Origin: Bdellovibrionota bacterium
Lineage (GTDB): Bacteria; Bdellovibrionota_C; UBA2361; OMII01
Length of the DNA stretch: 60,787 nucleotides
Reading direction: 5' to 3'
Assembly (NCBI GenBank): GCA_044351795.1
Contig: JBILFA010000006.1
Coordinates: forward strand, 1-60,787
Positions 27,769 through 38,149 of the stretch are shown in pieces; the first letter of the stretch is position 1; every line of letters starts with the position of its first letter. Below the pieces are notes generated by a model. It was not told the origin of the DNA, did no database searches, and worked only from the letters and a program-made list of their open reading frames with translations. A program made the position numbers and the translations under genes.

Positions 27769-27791
27769 CTGTACTCCTGTCGGTTGAATAT

Positions 27792-29096
27792 CTATTTACA
27801 CGCATCCAGAGCTGACTCTAGGTCGCGTATAATATCGTCTGGGTGCTCGATTCCGACAGCGAGACGGATGCCGCCGGGATCAAAGCCGCGCGCGAGTTGC
27901 TCTTCCGCCGAGTAGGCGGCATGGGTCATAGACCCCGGATGTTCTATCAAGGTTCTAATCTGTCCCAGGCTCACCGCTAGCGTTACTGCGTAGGCGTTGT
28001 CGGCGATGAAATCCATCATGCGGTTCCCGCGTGAGCGCGACGCTTCGGGTGAATCTCCTTTGAGGACGAAGTACACCATGAATCCCGGCGCAAAATCGCC
28101 GTAGTAATCGATCATCTGCTTTCGAGCAAGGTTGTACTGCGGGAAGCTGGAGAGCCCCGGGTACTTTACCACCTCGACCATCGGGTGACTCTCGAGGAAC
28201 TTCGCCACTTGGTAGGCATTCTCCTGCTGGCGTGGGATTCTGATAGAGAGAGTCGGCAAGCCGTGAGCTAAGATACTCCAGGCGGTAGAGGGTGCGAGGC
28301 TTCCTCCGAAATCTTTCCGCAACATGACGAGCTTGTTGTAAAACTCCTGACGTGTGACGACTGCGCCGCCCATTTCGATGCCGAAGCCTGAGATGCCTTT
28401 GGTCAAACTATGAACGACCACATCTATGCCCATCGTGATCGGGCGCTGCGCCCATGGAGTACAAAAGGTGTTGTCGATTATCGAGATGATGCGTCGCTCG
28501 GGTGGTCTATCTCGGTTTAGACGCTCGATGGTTTCGGCCACCGCGCGAATGTCGACGAGCTCCAAGCTCGGGTTGACAGGGCTCTCGAGGTACACGATTC
28601 GGGTATTCTCGTTGACCAGGGATTCGAGCGCGCTGCCGTCTCGCAGATCGGCGAATTTAGTGGTGATGGAGAATTTCGGCATCCACTGCGTCAAGAGGCT
28701 ATAGGTGCAGCCGTAAAGGGTGCGGTGAGCGATGATCTCCGATCCCGGGTTGAGCGCGAAGGTAAGTGCGGCGTGAACGGCCGCCATACCCGTTGCGTAC
28801 GTTACCGCACATTCTCCCTGCTCTGCCAACGCCAAGCCTTGCTGTAACATGTCGTTGTTGGGGTCGCCGAGGCGGTCGTATACATAGATCGGATCGTGTC
28901 CGCCGGGAGCCCGAAAACGGCCGACATCCTCGAAGCCCTGAGCTCCACGTTGTGTTGATTCCAAGCGGAAGGTGCTGGAGGCCGTGATGGGAGGAACAAC
29001 GTGGAACTTGTAATCCCAGGTAGAGGTAAACGACTCTCCGTATATGAGCCTCGTAGGGACTGAATACTTTTTCTCTTCGAGTTTTTTGAGCGCCAT
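27792..29096 (-). CDS. PLP trans-sulfuration enzyme (methionine gamma-lyase/cystathionine gamma-lyase family)
   Basis: YDRLGDP, TGMAA, YGCT, ESPVNP, DNTF, HSLTK, AVSLG..TLIEHP.SMTH. Confidence 0.9.
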   Translation of the reverse strand: MALKKLEEKKYSVPTRLIYGESFTSTWDYKFHVVPPITASSTFRLESTQRGAQGFEDVGRFRAPGGHDPIYVYDRLGDPNNDMLQQGLALAEQGECAVTYATGMAAVHAALTFALNPGSEIIAHRTLYGCTYSLLTQWMPKFSITTKFADLRDGSALESLVNENTRIVYLESPVNPSLELVDIRAVAETIERLNRDRPPERRIISIIDNTFCTPWAQRPITMGIDVVVHSLTKGISGFGIEMGGAVVTRQEFYNKLVMLRKDFGGSLAPSTAWSILAHGLPTLSIRIPRQQENAYQVAKFLESHPMVEVVKYPGLSSFPQYNLARKQMIDYYGDFAPGFMVYFVLKGDSPEASRSRGNRMMDFIADNAYAVTLAVSLGQIRTLIEHPGSMTHAAYSAEEQLARGFDPGGIRLAVGIEHPDDIIRDLESALDACK

Positions 29097-29161
29097 GGAA
29101 TCTCCTCACCATAAAACCATCGCACCTATGGGTGCGCTTAACAAGTTCAGATAGGCCAGCG

Positions 29162-30022
29162 TCAAAGTGCGCGCTGACGGGCAACTTCGTACAGTAGGAT
29201 AGAGGCCGCACAGCTTACGTTGATTGAGGACAGGGCGCCGCCGATGGGAATCTTGACCACCGAGGCGCAGATTTCCCAATACCCTTGTGACATGCCTACG
29301 GTCTCGTTTCCCAGGATAAGCACTGTCGGCTTGGTCATATCGACATCAAAGATTAGCTGCTCGGCCTTTCCGCTGCTTCCGACGATCTGATAGTCAAGAC
29401 CCAATGATCGTGCTTGTTCGGTCCACTCCAGAACCTCCTTGCAAGACGGTGCAGTGGTCACGGGGAGGGTGAACAGAGCCCCCATACTTCCGCGCACCAC
29501 ATGAGGATCGTAGATGTCGACGGCATGGCCGGTGACAATAATGCCGTCGGCGCCGAAAGCGTCGGCAGAGCGGATAGACGAGCCGAGGTTTCCGGGGCTG
29601 CTCGGGCGATCGAACACCACCACGAGTCCCCGGGGCTTTGCGGGTATCGCAGAGGGGGTCAGTACTCGGGCTTCGATGATCGCCATAATCTCCGAAGCTT
29701 CTTCTTTGTCGCTCAACTCCTCGAGCAATTGCGGAGCGAGTTCCCAATGTGCCTCGGCGATATTCTTAGCGAGAAGCTCTTCAGCCCATCGCGATAGTTT
29801 GCGACCCGCCGGGTATAGGAATGCAGCGATAGACCATCCGTAGGTTACCGCCAGATTGATCTGGGCAACACCTTCCACCAAAAGCTGACCGTAGCGAGTA
29901 CGCTTGGTTCGATTGCTCTTGAGGACCTCGGCTCTCTGAAAATTGTTGTCGCGTGTACGAACTCTCAGAATATGGGAGGCCTTGTGGTGTTTGTCTGTGC
30001 TGCTGTGTGCTGGACGAGTCAT
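29162..30022 (-). CDS. TrmH/SpoU-family RNA 2'-O-methyltransferase
   Basis: PGNLGSSIRSADAFG, VRGSMGA, LGNETVG, IPIGG..SSINVS. Confidence 0.92.
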   Translation of the reverse strand: MTRPAHSSTDKHHKASHILRVRTRDNNFQRAEVLKSNRTKRTRYGQLLVEGVAQINLAVTYGWSIAAFLYPAGRKLSRWAEELLAKNIAEAHWELAPQLLEELSDKEEASEIMAIIEARVLTPSAIPAKPRGLVVVFDRPSSPGNLGSSIRSADAFGADGIIVTGHAVDIYDPHVVRGSMGALFTLPVTTAPSCKEVLEWTEQARSLGLDYQIVGSSGKAEQLIFDVDMTKPTVLILGNETVGMSQGYWEICASVVKIPIGGALSSINVSCAASILLYEVARQRAL

Positions 30023-30235
30023 AACCTCTACGATTGTCGGCGTTAGTGAAAAAAAAGGCCCATAGTATCGAGCAAAAACGCTCGTGCAAGCTTCTTATTC
30101 TACCCTAAGTTCCAAAAAGCGTTAGAAAAAAACGCGTCAAACCGACCCCGAAAGCCGTTTTTATGTGTCTTTGTATCGCTAGGTAGAACAATCGGTACGC
30201 TAAAAAAAGTTTTTTTGTATTAGCTGCAATCGCTT

Positions 30236-30265
30236 TTGACAGACTTACATCATACTGATTATAAC
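30236..30265 (+). promoter_or_regulatory. Sigma70 promoter of ihfB
   Basis: TTGACA-18 nt-TATAAC with upstream A/T tracts. Confidence 0.65.
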
Positions 30266-30405
30266 ATTCATAATCCTTGTGTTGTTAGGTGGTTAGGACA
30301 GTAGGTGTGAAGGCGGCGCGAACGCCGGGCGCCTCACACCGATAAACCGAGCTAGCGGTGCCGAACGGTTGCTGCATTAGGCGTTAGTTGAACTTAGGGG
30401 TGCAC

Positions 30406-30732
30406 GTGAACAAGTCAGAATTGATAGAGAAACTCGCTCAACGGACACAAATCAACGTGATTCAATCCGAGGAGGTTGTAAATCTCATTTACCGCAAGAT
30501 GCGTGACACGCTCATAAGTGGCGGTCGGATTGAGATTCGTGGATTTGGAAGCTTCGTCGTCAAGGAATACGGAGCGTACGAGGGCAGGAATCCGAAGACC
30601 GGAGAAAAGATCCCGGTTCCTCCCAAGAAGCTGCCGTTCTTCAAGGTTGGTAAGGAACTCAAGGAGCGCATCGACAGCCTTGTCGATGCCGCAGCAGGCA
30701 CTGTGTCACAAGCGGGCAACGGGCAGAAATAA
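30406..30732 (+). CDS. ihfB: Integration host factor beta subunit (HU/IHF family)
   Basis: GTG start 'NKSELI', RIEIRGFGSF, GRNPKTG, PFFKVGKELKERI. Confidence 0.9.
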   Translation: MNKSELIEKLAQRTQINVIQSEEVVNLIYRKMRDTLISGGRIEIRGFGSFVVKEYGAYEGRNPKTGEKIPVPPKKLPFFKVGKELKERIDSLVDAAAGTVSQAGNGQK

Positions 30733-30828
30733 CTGTTCTAAGTCTCGCTTGACCAGTAAAGTTTTTGGTGGCTGTTGCCGTTGTAAAGGTATCACGGAGC
30801 TCATGTCGGGCCGGTTAGGAGAAAAGTT

Positions 30829-31212
30829 ATGTCAATAGATTGGTTACTTGAGATCGAGCGCGCCTTGGATAACGGCAAGGATGTGTTCGCGTGCCCGAGC
30901 ATGGGTCGCAGTAGCTGGCAGCTCTCTAAAACAGTAGACGAGTTGCGCAAGGTAGCTCAAAAGGCCGCCGACATGAGAAAAATGGCGGTCAATATTGTGC
31001 GCCTGGTGCCGAAACAGGATGCAACAGCGGGCGATCTTTTTCTTGTACCTACCGGTATCGATGAGACCGGCCCTCGCGGCGAGCCCAATATCCGATGGTC
31101 TACCGTTGACACCAAAGAGGCTGCTGAGATGATGCGGGACGTAAAACATGGACCGTGCCCCTTCTTCGCCATGCAGGTTGAGGAAACAGTCGAAACTAGC
31201 AAGACCGTCTAG
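30829..31212 (+). CDS. Hypothetical protein
   Basis: AGGAG SD; 127 aa; globular composition. Confidence 0.7.
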   Translation: MSIDWLLEIERALDNGKDVFACPSMGRSSWQLSKTVDELRKVAQKAADMRKMAVNIVRLVPKQDATAGDLFLVPTGIDETGPRGEPNIRWSTVDTKEAAEMMRDVKHGPCPFFAMQVEETVETSKTV

Positions 31213-31216
31213 GCGC

Positions 31217-31543
31217 ATGTTATCGCAGAATGCAAGTAGTACAAATGGTGGTGCGGGGTCGCTGAATCTGCACGCTAAGGCGCAGGTAGCTGAGGTGCTC
31301 TCGTCGCGATACGACTCGGCTCTTCAATCGCCTGAAGAGAAGCGAGTCGGTTATCGCCCGGCCGCCTGGGATGAACGCCGTGAGGGGCTAGACGTAGTTA
31401 GAACGACCAGCGGAGAGGCTCTACGCCTCTTCAGCAATGGAGCACAGTCGGTGCCCAAGCCGGGCTGGGTGATAGTCGTAACGGGTGGTTCATTCGAGAG
31501 CGGTTACACCTGGACGTTGTACGGTATCCCACCTGCGCACTAA
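31217..31543 (+). CDS. Hypothetical protein, possible OB-like beta fold
   Basis: Starts 4 nt after the previous stop; beta-rich C-terminus. Confidence 0.55.
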   Translation: MLSQNASSTNGGAGSLNLHAKAQVAEVLSSRYDSALQSPEEKRVGYRPAAWDERREGLDVVRTTSGEALRLFSNGAQSVPKPGWVIVVTGGSFESGYTWTLYGIPPAH

Positions 31544-31744
31544 ATCGCTTGGGCCCTTCTGACTTTCCCGGTAGCTTATCCACTCGAAACCGAGTAGTGC
31601 GCCAAAAAAGCTGCATATCTTAAGCCCTCGGCCTGCATCTCATAGAGAAGAGGTAGACGTCTGGAGCCTTTTTCGTTTCAGACCTGTACCTTATGTGATG
31701 TATACTCAAAGAAGGTTTTGAGGTTACGAGGAGCAAAGCAGGTT

Positions 31745-31936
31745 ATGGATCAGCGCCAAACAACCGGTCATAGTGATGAAAGCGTTACCGTTGAGACTAC
31801 TATTGGGGATCTGATAGAGGCGATAACCGATATCGCTCTGCAAGCTGGAAAGACGGAGCAAGAGGGGTATCGTTTAGCCTCATTTACGATCGAAAAGCTC
31901 CTTCGAGACAAGCGTCTTAAGGATATTCAGTCCTAG
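31745..31936 (+). CDS. Small helical hypothetical protein
   Basis: GAGGAG SD, TATACT upstream; 63 aa. Confidence 0.6.
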   Translation: MDQRQTTGHSDESVTVETTIGDLIEAITDIALQAGKTEQEGYRLASFTIEKLLRDKRLKDIQS

Positions 31937-32760
31937 TGGTCTAGCGTTACAAGTTTGACCACCGGCTGCTCAGCGAAAAGCGGTTCGCCCTTAAAGCCTA
32001 GCTCTGCGTACTGTTGCAAGCCCCACGACATATCGCTTAGGTAGTGACGTCCGAGTAGATCCGGGTCGTGGTGCAGTACATTCAAAGGCAGACCGAGCGA
32101 TAGTGTCGATGATGCGTACAGAGGCTCTTGTCCGTTCGGCCCGCGGCGAGGGGTGAGACCCAACGGTGTCCCAACGACATGAACTGGCACGGCAGACTCG
32201 TTCATGAAGTCACTTATGTGCGTTGACCAGGGAAGAATCGAATCTCCTCCGTCGCTCACTCCGCACAAAACATTGTGAGAACGCTCCACTATCTCGACGA
32301 TCTCGAGATAGTTGTGCGGTTCGCTCCACTCATGCACGCATCCTCCGAGCCTCTCCGCGGCAGGAAGTAGACATTGCAGGGGGACACTCGCCGCTGCTTG
32401 ATTCGGAATGATGATGATGTGAACGGATGCGCCTCCATTGAGGAGGTGTCGCGCACACGCCAACGTCACCCAGCCGAAGAACGAATCGCTCGCAAATACC
32501 GTCACGGCGCCCCCGACCGAAGAAAGGCCGAGCGCGAAGCGAACGACCATGGCGGAGGAAAATCCACAGGCTTCCACCATTTGAATGGGGGTGAGACCAC
32601 ACCGCTGGAGGTTGCTTCCGGCACGTGTCCAGGACTCCCACGAACAAGAGGGAACGACGTGCCCGCTTTGGGTAAGAAATGTGGTGTTCCCAGGTTGCGC
32701 TGCGGCGCCAATCATAGTGACCTTCCGTGGTTGGGTGAGTGAAGAGCGTCTATTCTCCAC
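31933..32760 (-). CDS. Degenerate YjeF_N / NAD(P)HX epimerase-like protein
   Basis: 'QMVEACG', 'ACARHLLNGG', 'VPVHVVGTPLG' and 'TLSLGLP...GRHYLSD' follow YjeF_N order, but GNNGGDG is absent. Confidence 0.65.
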   Translation of the reverse strand: MENRRSSLTQPRKVTMIGAAAQPGNTTFLTQSGHVVPSCSWESWTRAGSNLQRCGLTPIQMVEACGFSSAMVVRFALGLSSVGGAVTVFASDSFFGWVTLACARHLLNGGASVHIIIIPNQAAASVPLQCLLPAAERLGGCVHEWSEPHNYLEIVEIVERSHNVLCGVSDGGDSILPWSTHISDFMNESAVPVHVVGTPLGLTPRRGPNGQEPLYASSTLSLGLPLNVLHHDPDLLGRHYLSDMSWGLQQYAELGFKGEPLFAEQPVVKLVTLDH

Positions 32761-32913
32761 TCCATCTCTTGGACAATCGACTCGTTAGAGCACCTGCTTG
32801 TCATTTCACCGCTAAAAAACGTGCAGTTTGCTTGCTTCGGAACGGGGCGTCTGGCAGCTTACGAAGTCCGTAGAGGGGCCTGAGCAGAAGAGGGTAGAGG
32901 GATCGTTTAACAG

Positions 32914-33927
32914 ATGAATACTATGAAGCAAGAGCCGGTAATCGCAATCGCCGGAGCTACCGGTCTGGTGGGCAACGAGATGTTGGTAGTGCTCGAGGAG
33001 CGCGGAATAAAGTGTTCCGAATTACGCTTGTTTGCGTCGAAGGAGTCAGCCGGTGAGCTTTACAAGTTTCATAACGAAGAGGTCGAGGTTCAGGAGCTCA
33101 CAGAGGAGGGCTTCGACGGAGTCGATATAGCCCTGTTCGCTACGTCGAGCGAACTTTCGGCTACATTCGTTCCAGCGGCCGTGGAGGCCGGAGCTATCGC
33201 CATCGATAATTCGTCACACTTTCGCATGGACCCTGCGGTTCCGCTCGTCGTGCCCGAGGTGAATTTCGGCGCAATAAACCGAGATGTCGACCGTATAATA
33301 GCAAACCCTAACTGCTCTACCATACAGTTGGTTCCGGTTCTCAAGGTAGTAGAGGAGCTGGCCGGATTGAAGCACGTGGTTGTGTCCACCTATCAGTCGG
33401 TATCCGGTGCCGGTAAAAATGCGCTCGATGAGTTGTGGGGGCAGACGCTTGCTATTTTTAATCAGCAGGAGATTCCCCAAGAAGCGTTTCAGCACCAGAT
33501 AGCGTTCAACTGCATCCCGCAGATCGACATCTTTCTCGAGAACGGCTTTACCAAGGAGGAATTCAAGATCATAAACGAGAGTCGTAAGATTCTTGGTATT
33601 CCTGATCTGCGAATTACAGCCACTGCCGTGCGAGTGCCGGTGTTTTATTCGCATGCCGAAAGTGTTTTCATCGAAACAGATCGTGAGATCTCGATAGAGC
33701 AGCTTGTGCAGAGCCTCGGCGTAGCCGAGGGGATCGAGGTTTATCCATCCAACGAGGAGTATCCGATGCAGCTTGCGGTCGCGGGTTCCGATGCAATTCA
33801 CGTGGGTCGTATCCGCAAGGATGAGTCGGTGCCGCACGGTGTTTCTCTGTGGATCGTAGCGGACAATGTTCGTAAAGGGGCAGCGGTCAATGCCGTGCAG
33901 ATCGTCGAGCGGTTGCTTACCCGATAA
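32914..33927 (+). CDS. asd: Aspartate-semialdehyde dehydrogenase
   Basis: GATGLVG, DNSSHFRM, ANPNCSTIQ, TYQSVSGAG, DNVRKGAA.NAVQ. Confidence 0.96.
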   Translation: MNTMKQEPVIAIAGATGLVGNEMLVVLEERGIKCSELRLFASKESAGELYKFHNEEVEVQELTEEGFDGVDIALFATSSELSATFVPAAVEAGAIAIDNSSHFRMDPAVPLVVPEVNFGAINRDVDRIIANPNCSTIQLVPVLKVVEELAGLKHVVVSTYQSVSGAGKNALDELWGQTLAIFNQQEIPQEAFQHQIAFNCIPQIDIFLENGFTKEEFKIINESRKILGIPDLRITATAVRVPVFYSHAESVFIETDREISIEQLVQSLGVAEGIEVYPSNEEYPMQLAVAGSDAIHVGRIRKDESVPHGVSLWIVADNVRKGAAVNAVQIVERLLTR

Positions 33928-33945
33928 TCATTTTAGAGAGGCAGC

Positions 33946-34728
33946 GTGCCCAAGATAAAGCTTATCGTCGAGTACGATGGGAGCGGATTTCATGGGTGGC
34001 AGAAGCAGCCGGGGTTGCGCACCGTACAGAGTGAGCTGGAACAGATTCTGTCGGTCGTGTGTCGACAGCCGGTAAGTCCCTTGCATGCGGCAGGTCGTAC
34101 CGATTCCGGCGTTCACGCCCGCGGACAAGTGGTAACCTTCAAGCTTTCTAACGTCCCGGATCTCCGGCGCTTGGCTCAAGGAGTTAGTCACCTGATGAAG
34201 GGAGAGCTGGCGGTGCTCTCCGCTGAGGTAGTCGATGATTCATTTCACCCCGGCATTGACTCCACGCACAAGCAGTACTCCTACCGTGTCTTGAATCGTC
34301 CGACGCCAGCCGTATTAGACGCCCGGCGGGTGTGGCATATCTCTCGTCCCTTAGATTTGGAATTGATGAGGGCGTGCGCCTCTTCCCTCATCGGCGAGCA
34401 TGATTTTTCGAGCTTTCAGGATTCAGAGTGTTGCGCGAAATCGCCGATAAAGACGATCTACGTGAGCGAACTCGAGCTTGCTCCAGGCGATCTTCTCGTT
34501 TATCGGGTGATCGGCTCAGGCTTCCTCAAGCAGATGGTGCGTAACATCGTCGGCTCGCTCGTCGATGTCGGTCGTGGCCGCCTCAAGGTGACAACCTTCA
34601 CCGATATTTTAGCCAACAAAGATCGGAGAACCGCAGGCGTAACCGCTCCTCCTTACGGACTTTCGATGGATTGGGTATCGTACGATCCTCTTCCCGACAT
34701 TTTCGAAACACGGATCTCTAAGCCCTGA
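33946..34728 (+). CDS. truA: tRNA pseudouridine(38-40) synthase
   Basis: EYDGSGFHGWQ, AGRTDSGVHARGQ, GFLKQMVRNIVG, TAPPYGL. Confidence 0.96.
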   Translation: MPKIKLIVEYDGSGFHGWQKQPGLRTVQSELEQILSVVCRQPVSPLHAAGRTDSGVHARGQVVTFKLSNVPDLRRLAQGVSHLMKGELAVLSAEVVDDSFHPGIDSTHKQYSYRVLNRPTPAVLDARRVWHISRPLDLELMRACASSLIGEHDFSSFQDSECCAKSPIKTIYVSELELAPGDLLVYRVIGSGFLKQMVRNIVGSLVDVGRGRLKVTTFTDILANKDRRTAGVTAPPYGLSMDWVSYDPLPDIFETRISKP

Positions 34729-34802
34729 CGACCCGCATGGGGAGTCTGCGAATTGTCGGGATACCGTCTTTCTCCCGCAACCTAGGTTCATAGGAGGAAA
34801 AA

Positions 34803-35039
34803 ATGGGGCGATGCGATGTGTGTCACAACGACTATGACAGATCTTTTACCGTGATTCATCAGGATCGTTCCTACACCTTCGACAGCTTCGAGTGTGCGAT
34901 TCATGCACTCGCGCCCCGTTGCGAACACTGTCAGTGTCGTATCATCGGCCACGGAATGGAGAGTGGAGGAGCGTTCTTCTGTTGCGCGCACTGTGCGCGA
35001 AGTGAGGGAAAGACTGAACTAAGAGACCACGCGCATTGA
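34803..35039 (+). CDS. Cys/His-rich prokaryotic metallothionein-like protein
   Basis: AGGAGG SD; CxxC...FDSFECAI..LAP.CEHCQCRIIGHG...CCAHCA. Confidence 0.75.
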   Translation: MGRCDVCHNDYDRSFTVIHQDRSYTFDSFECAIHALAPRCEHCQCRIIGHGMESGGAFFCCAHCARSEGKTELRDHAH

Positions 35040-35108
35040 GTACCTTCTTGGTCACAGTGCGTGTTCCTTCGCGTGACTGCGGAGAGTCCCCCGCCTTACA
35101 ATGATGCG

Positions 35109-35945
35109 CTACTCCTCTGATGCACCCAGCTGCGCAATCCACTGGTGCGTCTGTACGAAGAAGATCGACAGAGATTCGAGTATGTGGGCTAGGCCCGCAA
35201 GACCTTGCAGTATCCACGCCAAGAGGAGAGCGAAGATGAGTAGGTTCCAGGCAGTGACGTACAACACTCCGACCCGGTATCCTCCCCGTATCAAGGTCAG
35301 ATCCGTTTGAATCGGGGAGATGTCTCTAGTATTGAGAAGGAGATCGATTCCATAGCCGATACCCACTATCAGCACAGCGACGACGTGTTCGTGTCGAAAC
35401 AGCGCAAACGCTATCAGCCCGGAAGTGAAGGTGAATACAGGCAAGAAGTATGGTGCAAGAGATATTAAGGCGTTGAAGTGCTTCGTCTGTTTCGAGTAGG
35501 CGTACTCGAAGTAGCCCGAGTCTCTGTCTATCTTCATGCCTTTGCGCTTGTTTCCCACCAGATTGGAGACCACAGAGTGTTTGAATTCGTGAAGTAAAAC
35601 CGAGATGTGGCCCTTGATGAGGGAATGAGCACACAGGGCTCCGACGAGGGCGGCGCAAAAAAAGGTGCCAGCATATCCGCTGGATTCCAAAGAGAGCAGA
35701 CGAACACTCAGAAAAAGGATGACCAAGCCGGTCGGAAGGATAGCCGCCAGCGAGAGGAAAAACGCGAATCCCCCGACTACTTCCCGTTTTGGAGCCTCTT
35801 TGTCTCCCTTCTGGAACTTCGACGCCGACTTTGGCTCTTCGTCGATCGACTCGGCCTTCACGATAGTTGCTTCGATCTCTCGTAGTAGAGCAGCGATCTC
35901 CGGATCAGCGCTCTTTGGGTCGGTATCGTCGAAGTCGTCGGTCAT
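35109..35945 (-). CDS. M50-like intramembrane metallopeptidase
   Basis: Multiple TM segments, HEFKH, 'ISLAPYF', distal 'TDL' Asp. Confidence 0.65.
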   Translation of the reverse strand: MTDDFDDTDPKSADPEIAALLREIEATIVKAESIDEEPKSASKFQKGDKEAPKREVVGGFAFFLSLAAILPTGLVILFLSVRLLSLESSGYAGTFFCAALVGALCAHSLIKGHISVLLHEFKHSVVSNLVGNKRKGMKIDRDSGYFEYAYSKQTKHFNALISLAPYFLPVFTFTSGLIAFALFRHEHVVAVLIVGIGYGIDLLLNTRDISPIQTDLTLIRGGYRVGVLYVTAWNLLIFALLLAWILQGLAGLAHILESLSIFFVQTHQWIAQLGASEE

Positions 35946-36044
35946 CGCACAGTCAAGCCTTCTTCGGAAAGAGTATAGGATTCCGGGTGGTCGCTCCAGC
36001 GCAAAAGAAGACTACAGCAGGCACAGCGTGCGCGAAGGAAAAGA

Positions 36045-37985
36045 CTAGCGTCCGAGAATCCCCCCAAGAAGATCCTTCACTTGCTTTGCTGTCTCTGAGT
36101 CGTTCTTAAGGGCTCTATCGACCGCTCGACCGGCTTCCCGCTCAATAATGCGACCGGCTCCGGTTTGCATAAGCTTCGATAGATCCGGAAGAACGAGCAG
36201 TTTCGGTGAGCGACCCTGAAGGGTAAGAGGGATGACGAGGCGTCCCTTGGAATCGTACACCTTCCCGATATCTTTCACCTGTCGGGCCAAGGCTCGCGAG
36301 AATTCCTCGGTGAATGTGAGGGTAGTGTTGAGGTTGAGGGTGCCGTCCCGAGCAATAGAGCCGCTACTTTCGAGGGCGAAGATATCACCGACTACTTTGA
36401 GCGAGCGCAGCATCGTGATGTCCCCTTGAAGCTCGAAGCTTGAATCAAGCGATTCTATGCGTGTATCAGGGTCGAGCATGATCCCTCGAAATTCCGGAGG
36501 AACCTTGTCGACCAGGGCTTCTTCCAGGAAAGGTAGTCCCTTCCCAACTGAGTTCAGCACGGCGCGTGGCAGGTTAAATTCCTTCAGGCTCGCTTTTACG
36601 ATCGAGAGGGATCCGGGCCCGTGCAGCTTGGGTGCGCCGGGCGAGAGTGCTCCGTTCACGTCGGCGTTCAGTGATGCAATCGTACCGCTAAAGTTTCCGG
36701 CTCGCTCAGGGTTGAACGTAGATAAAATCTTCTGAATCGACATTCCTTTGAGAGCGATGTTCGTTCGGATCTGTTGAGATGTGCCGAGCTCGAGCGTCAG
36801 CGGCATGCGTGCGCTTCCCTCGAATCCTTGCAGGTCCAAACGACTGAGAGAGAGAGTGCTCAGAGAGCCGAAGCGGAGCTGTCCATCAAGTGCCAAGGTA
36901 AGGGGAGCCTGGTTAAGCTGTAACGAGAGCTTTTGAGAGCCGAATCGAAGATCCGTGGTAGAGCCTTCTAGAGCGAGATCTCCGCTCAGTCCACGTACAG
37001 AGATCCCCTGAGATAGATTGATAGAAGCATCGCGCAGTTGCAGGGGAGCTTTGAAGCTTATCGCCCCCGGCCCGGCGAGCTTTATTTCTGCACCGGAGGT
37101 AGCAACAGTACCATCGAGGGCAATGCGTATAAGTGAAGGAGCTAACGCGGCGGCGTGTCGCATGACGCCCCCGATGTTGACTGAGTTCGACGAAATCTTG
37201 ATCGCTCCATGCTGAGTGTCGAGCTTGAGAGTCGCATCTGCTCTTATCTTTCCGGCGTCAGTTGTTACGACGGCATCGGGAACATTGAGCTCATTCGTAT
37301 CTGGGGTGAAGGTGGTAGAGCGAGTTGAAAGCGAAAGGTGTGTCTGCTCTGGTAACACCGCTCGCAGCTCCGCTTGCGGGATAGTTACTATCCCGTGCTG
37401 TAGCTGGACCCCGGCATCGAGATCGATGGCGGAAAGGTGAGTGTTGGTACCGGCTTCGACGTCGTTTATCATCACCGAGCCGTCGCTCACGACGATTCGT
37501 TCGAGGTGGAGCTGAAGATCTCCGCTCTCCTGAGGAGCAGGGCCCTCTCGCTCAGCGGTTCCTTTGGGAGGTGACGCTGTATCCGCAGGCGGTGAAGCTG
37601 TGGATGGTTTACGAGGTAGTCCGCGTATCGAGAAACCGTCCTTGCCTTTTATCAGGGTAATGCTTGGTCGTTCGAATCGGATCTCTGATGCGTCGAGCTT
37701 TTTACTCAAGAGAGGGCGGAGCGAGAGTTTGGCTTTAATAGCGGCGATCGATGGAGCTTGTCGGTCCCCAAGGGATACATCCTTGACGAGCAGCTCGGCG
37801 CTCGGAAAGAGAGATATATCGATCTGTCCGATTTTGACCGGTGCTCCGACGGCCTTGGCGATCTGCGCCTCGATCTGAGGTTGTAAGAGCTTTACCACGT
37901 CGTTGACGCGCACAATCGCCAGCGCTCCGAGTCCGACAATGAGGAGTACAGCGAGGCCGAGTATAATTACAATCCGTTTCTTCAT
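36045..37985 (-). CDS. AsmA-family protein
   Basis: N-terminal TM (MKKRIVIILG), 'LRPLLSKKL....I.FERPSITL', repeating beta-taco segments, 'IPLTLQG...P' end. Confidence 0.8.
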   Translation of the reverse strand: MKKRIVIILGLAVLLIVGLGALAIVRVNDVVKLLQPQIEAQIAKAVGAPVKIGQIDISLFPSAELLVKDVSLGDRQAPSIAAIKAKLSLRPLLSKKLDASEIRFERPSITLIKGKDGFSIRGLPRKPSTASPPADTASPPKGTAEREGPAPQESGDLQLHLERIVVSDGSVMINDVEAGTNTHLSAIDLDAGVQLQHGIVTIPQAELRAVLPEQTHLSLSTRSTTFTPDTNELNVPDAVVTTDAGKIRADATLKLDTQHGAIKISSNSVNIGGVMRHAAALAPSLIRIALDGTVATSGAEIKLAGPGAISFKAPLQLRDASINLSQGISVRGLSGDLALEGSTTDLRFGSQKLSLQLNQAPLTLALDGQLRFGSLSTLSLSRLDLQGFEGSARMPLTLELGTSQQIRTNIALKGMSIQKILSTFNPERAGNFSGTIASLNADVNGALSPGAPKLHGPGSLSIVKASLKEFNLPRAVLNSVGKGLPFLEEALVDKVPPEFRGIMLDPDTRIESLDSSFELQGDITMLRSLKVVGDIFALESSGSIARDGTLNLNTTLTFTEEFSRALARQVKDIGKVYDSKGRLVIPLTLQGRSPKLLVLPDLSKLMQTGAGRIIEREAGRAVDRALKNDSETAKQVKDLLGGILGR

Positions 37986-38149
37986 AATTGCTATCAAAGA
38001 TACGAGGATCCGGTACGGGTCACAAGATGAGGAGCTTTCGGGGGGTGACCCGGCTCCGTGGTACCCATTACGCTGCGGTGGCTCGACAGCCGTTGCAGTG
38101 TAGTAGTATGACTCATGCCTAGGCCACATCCATATGCATTGGGGGGAAG

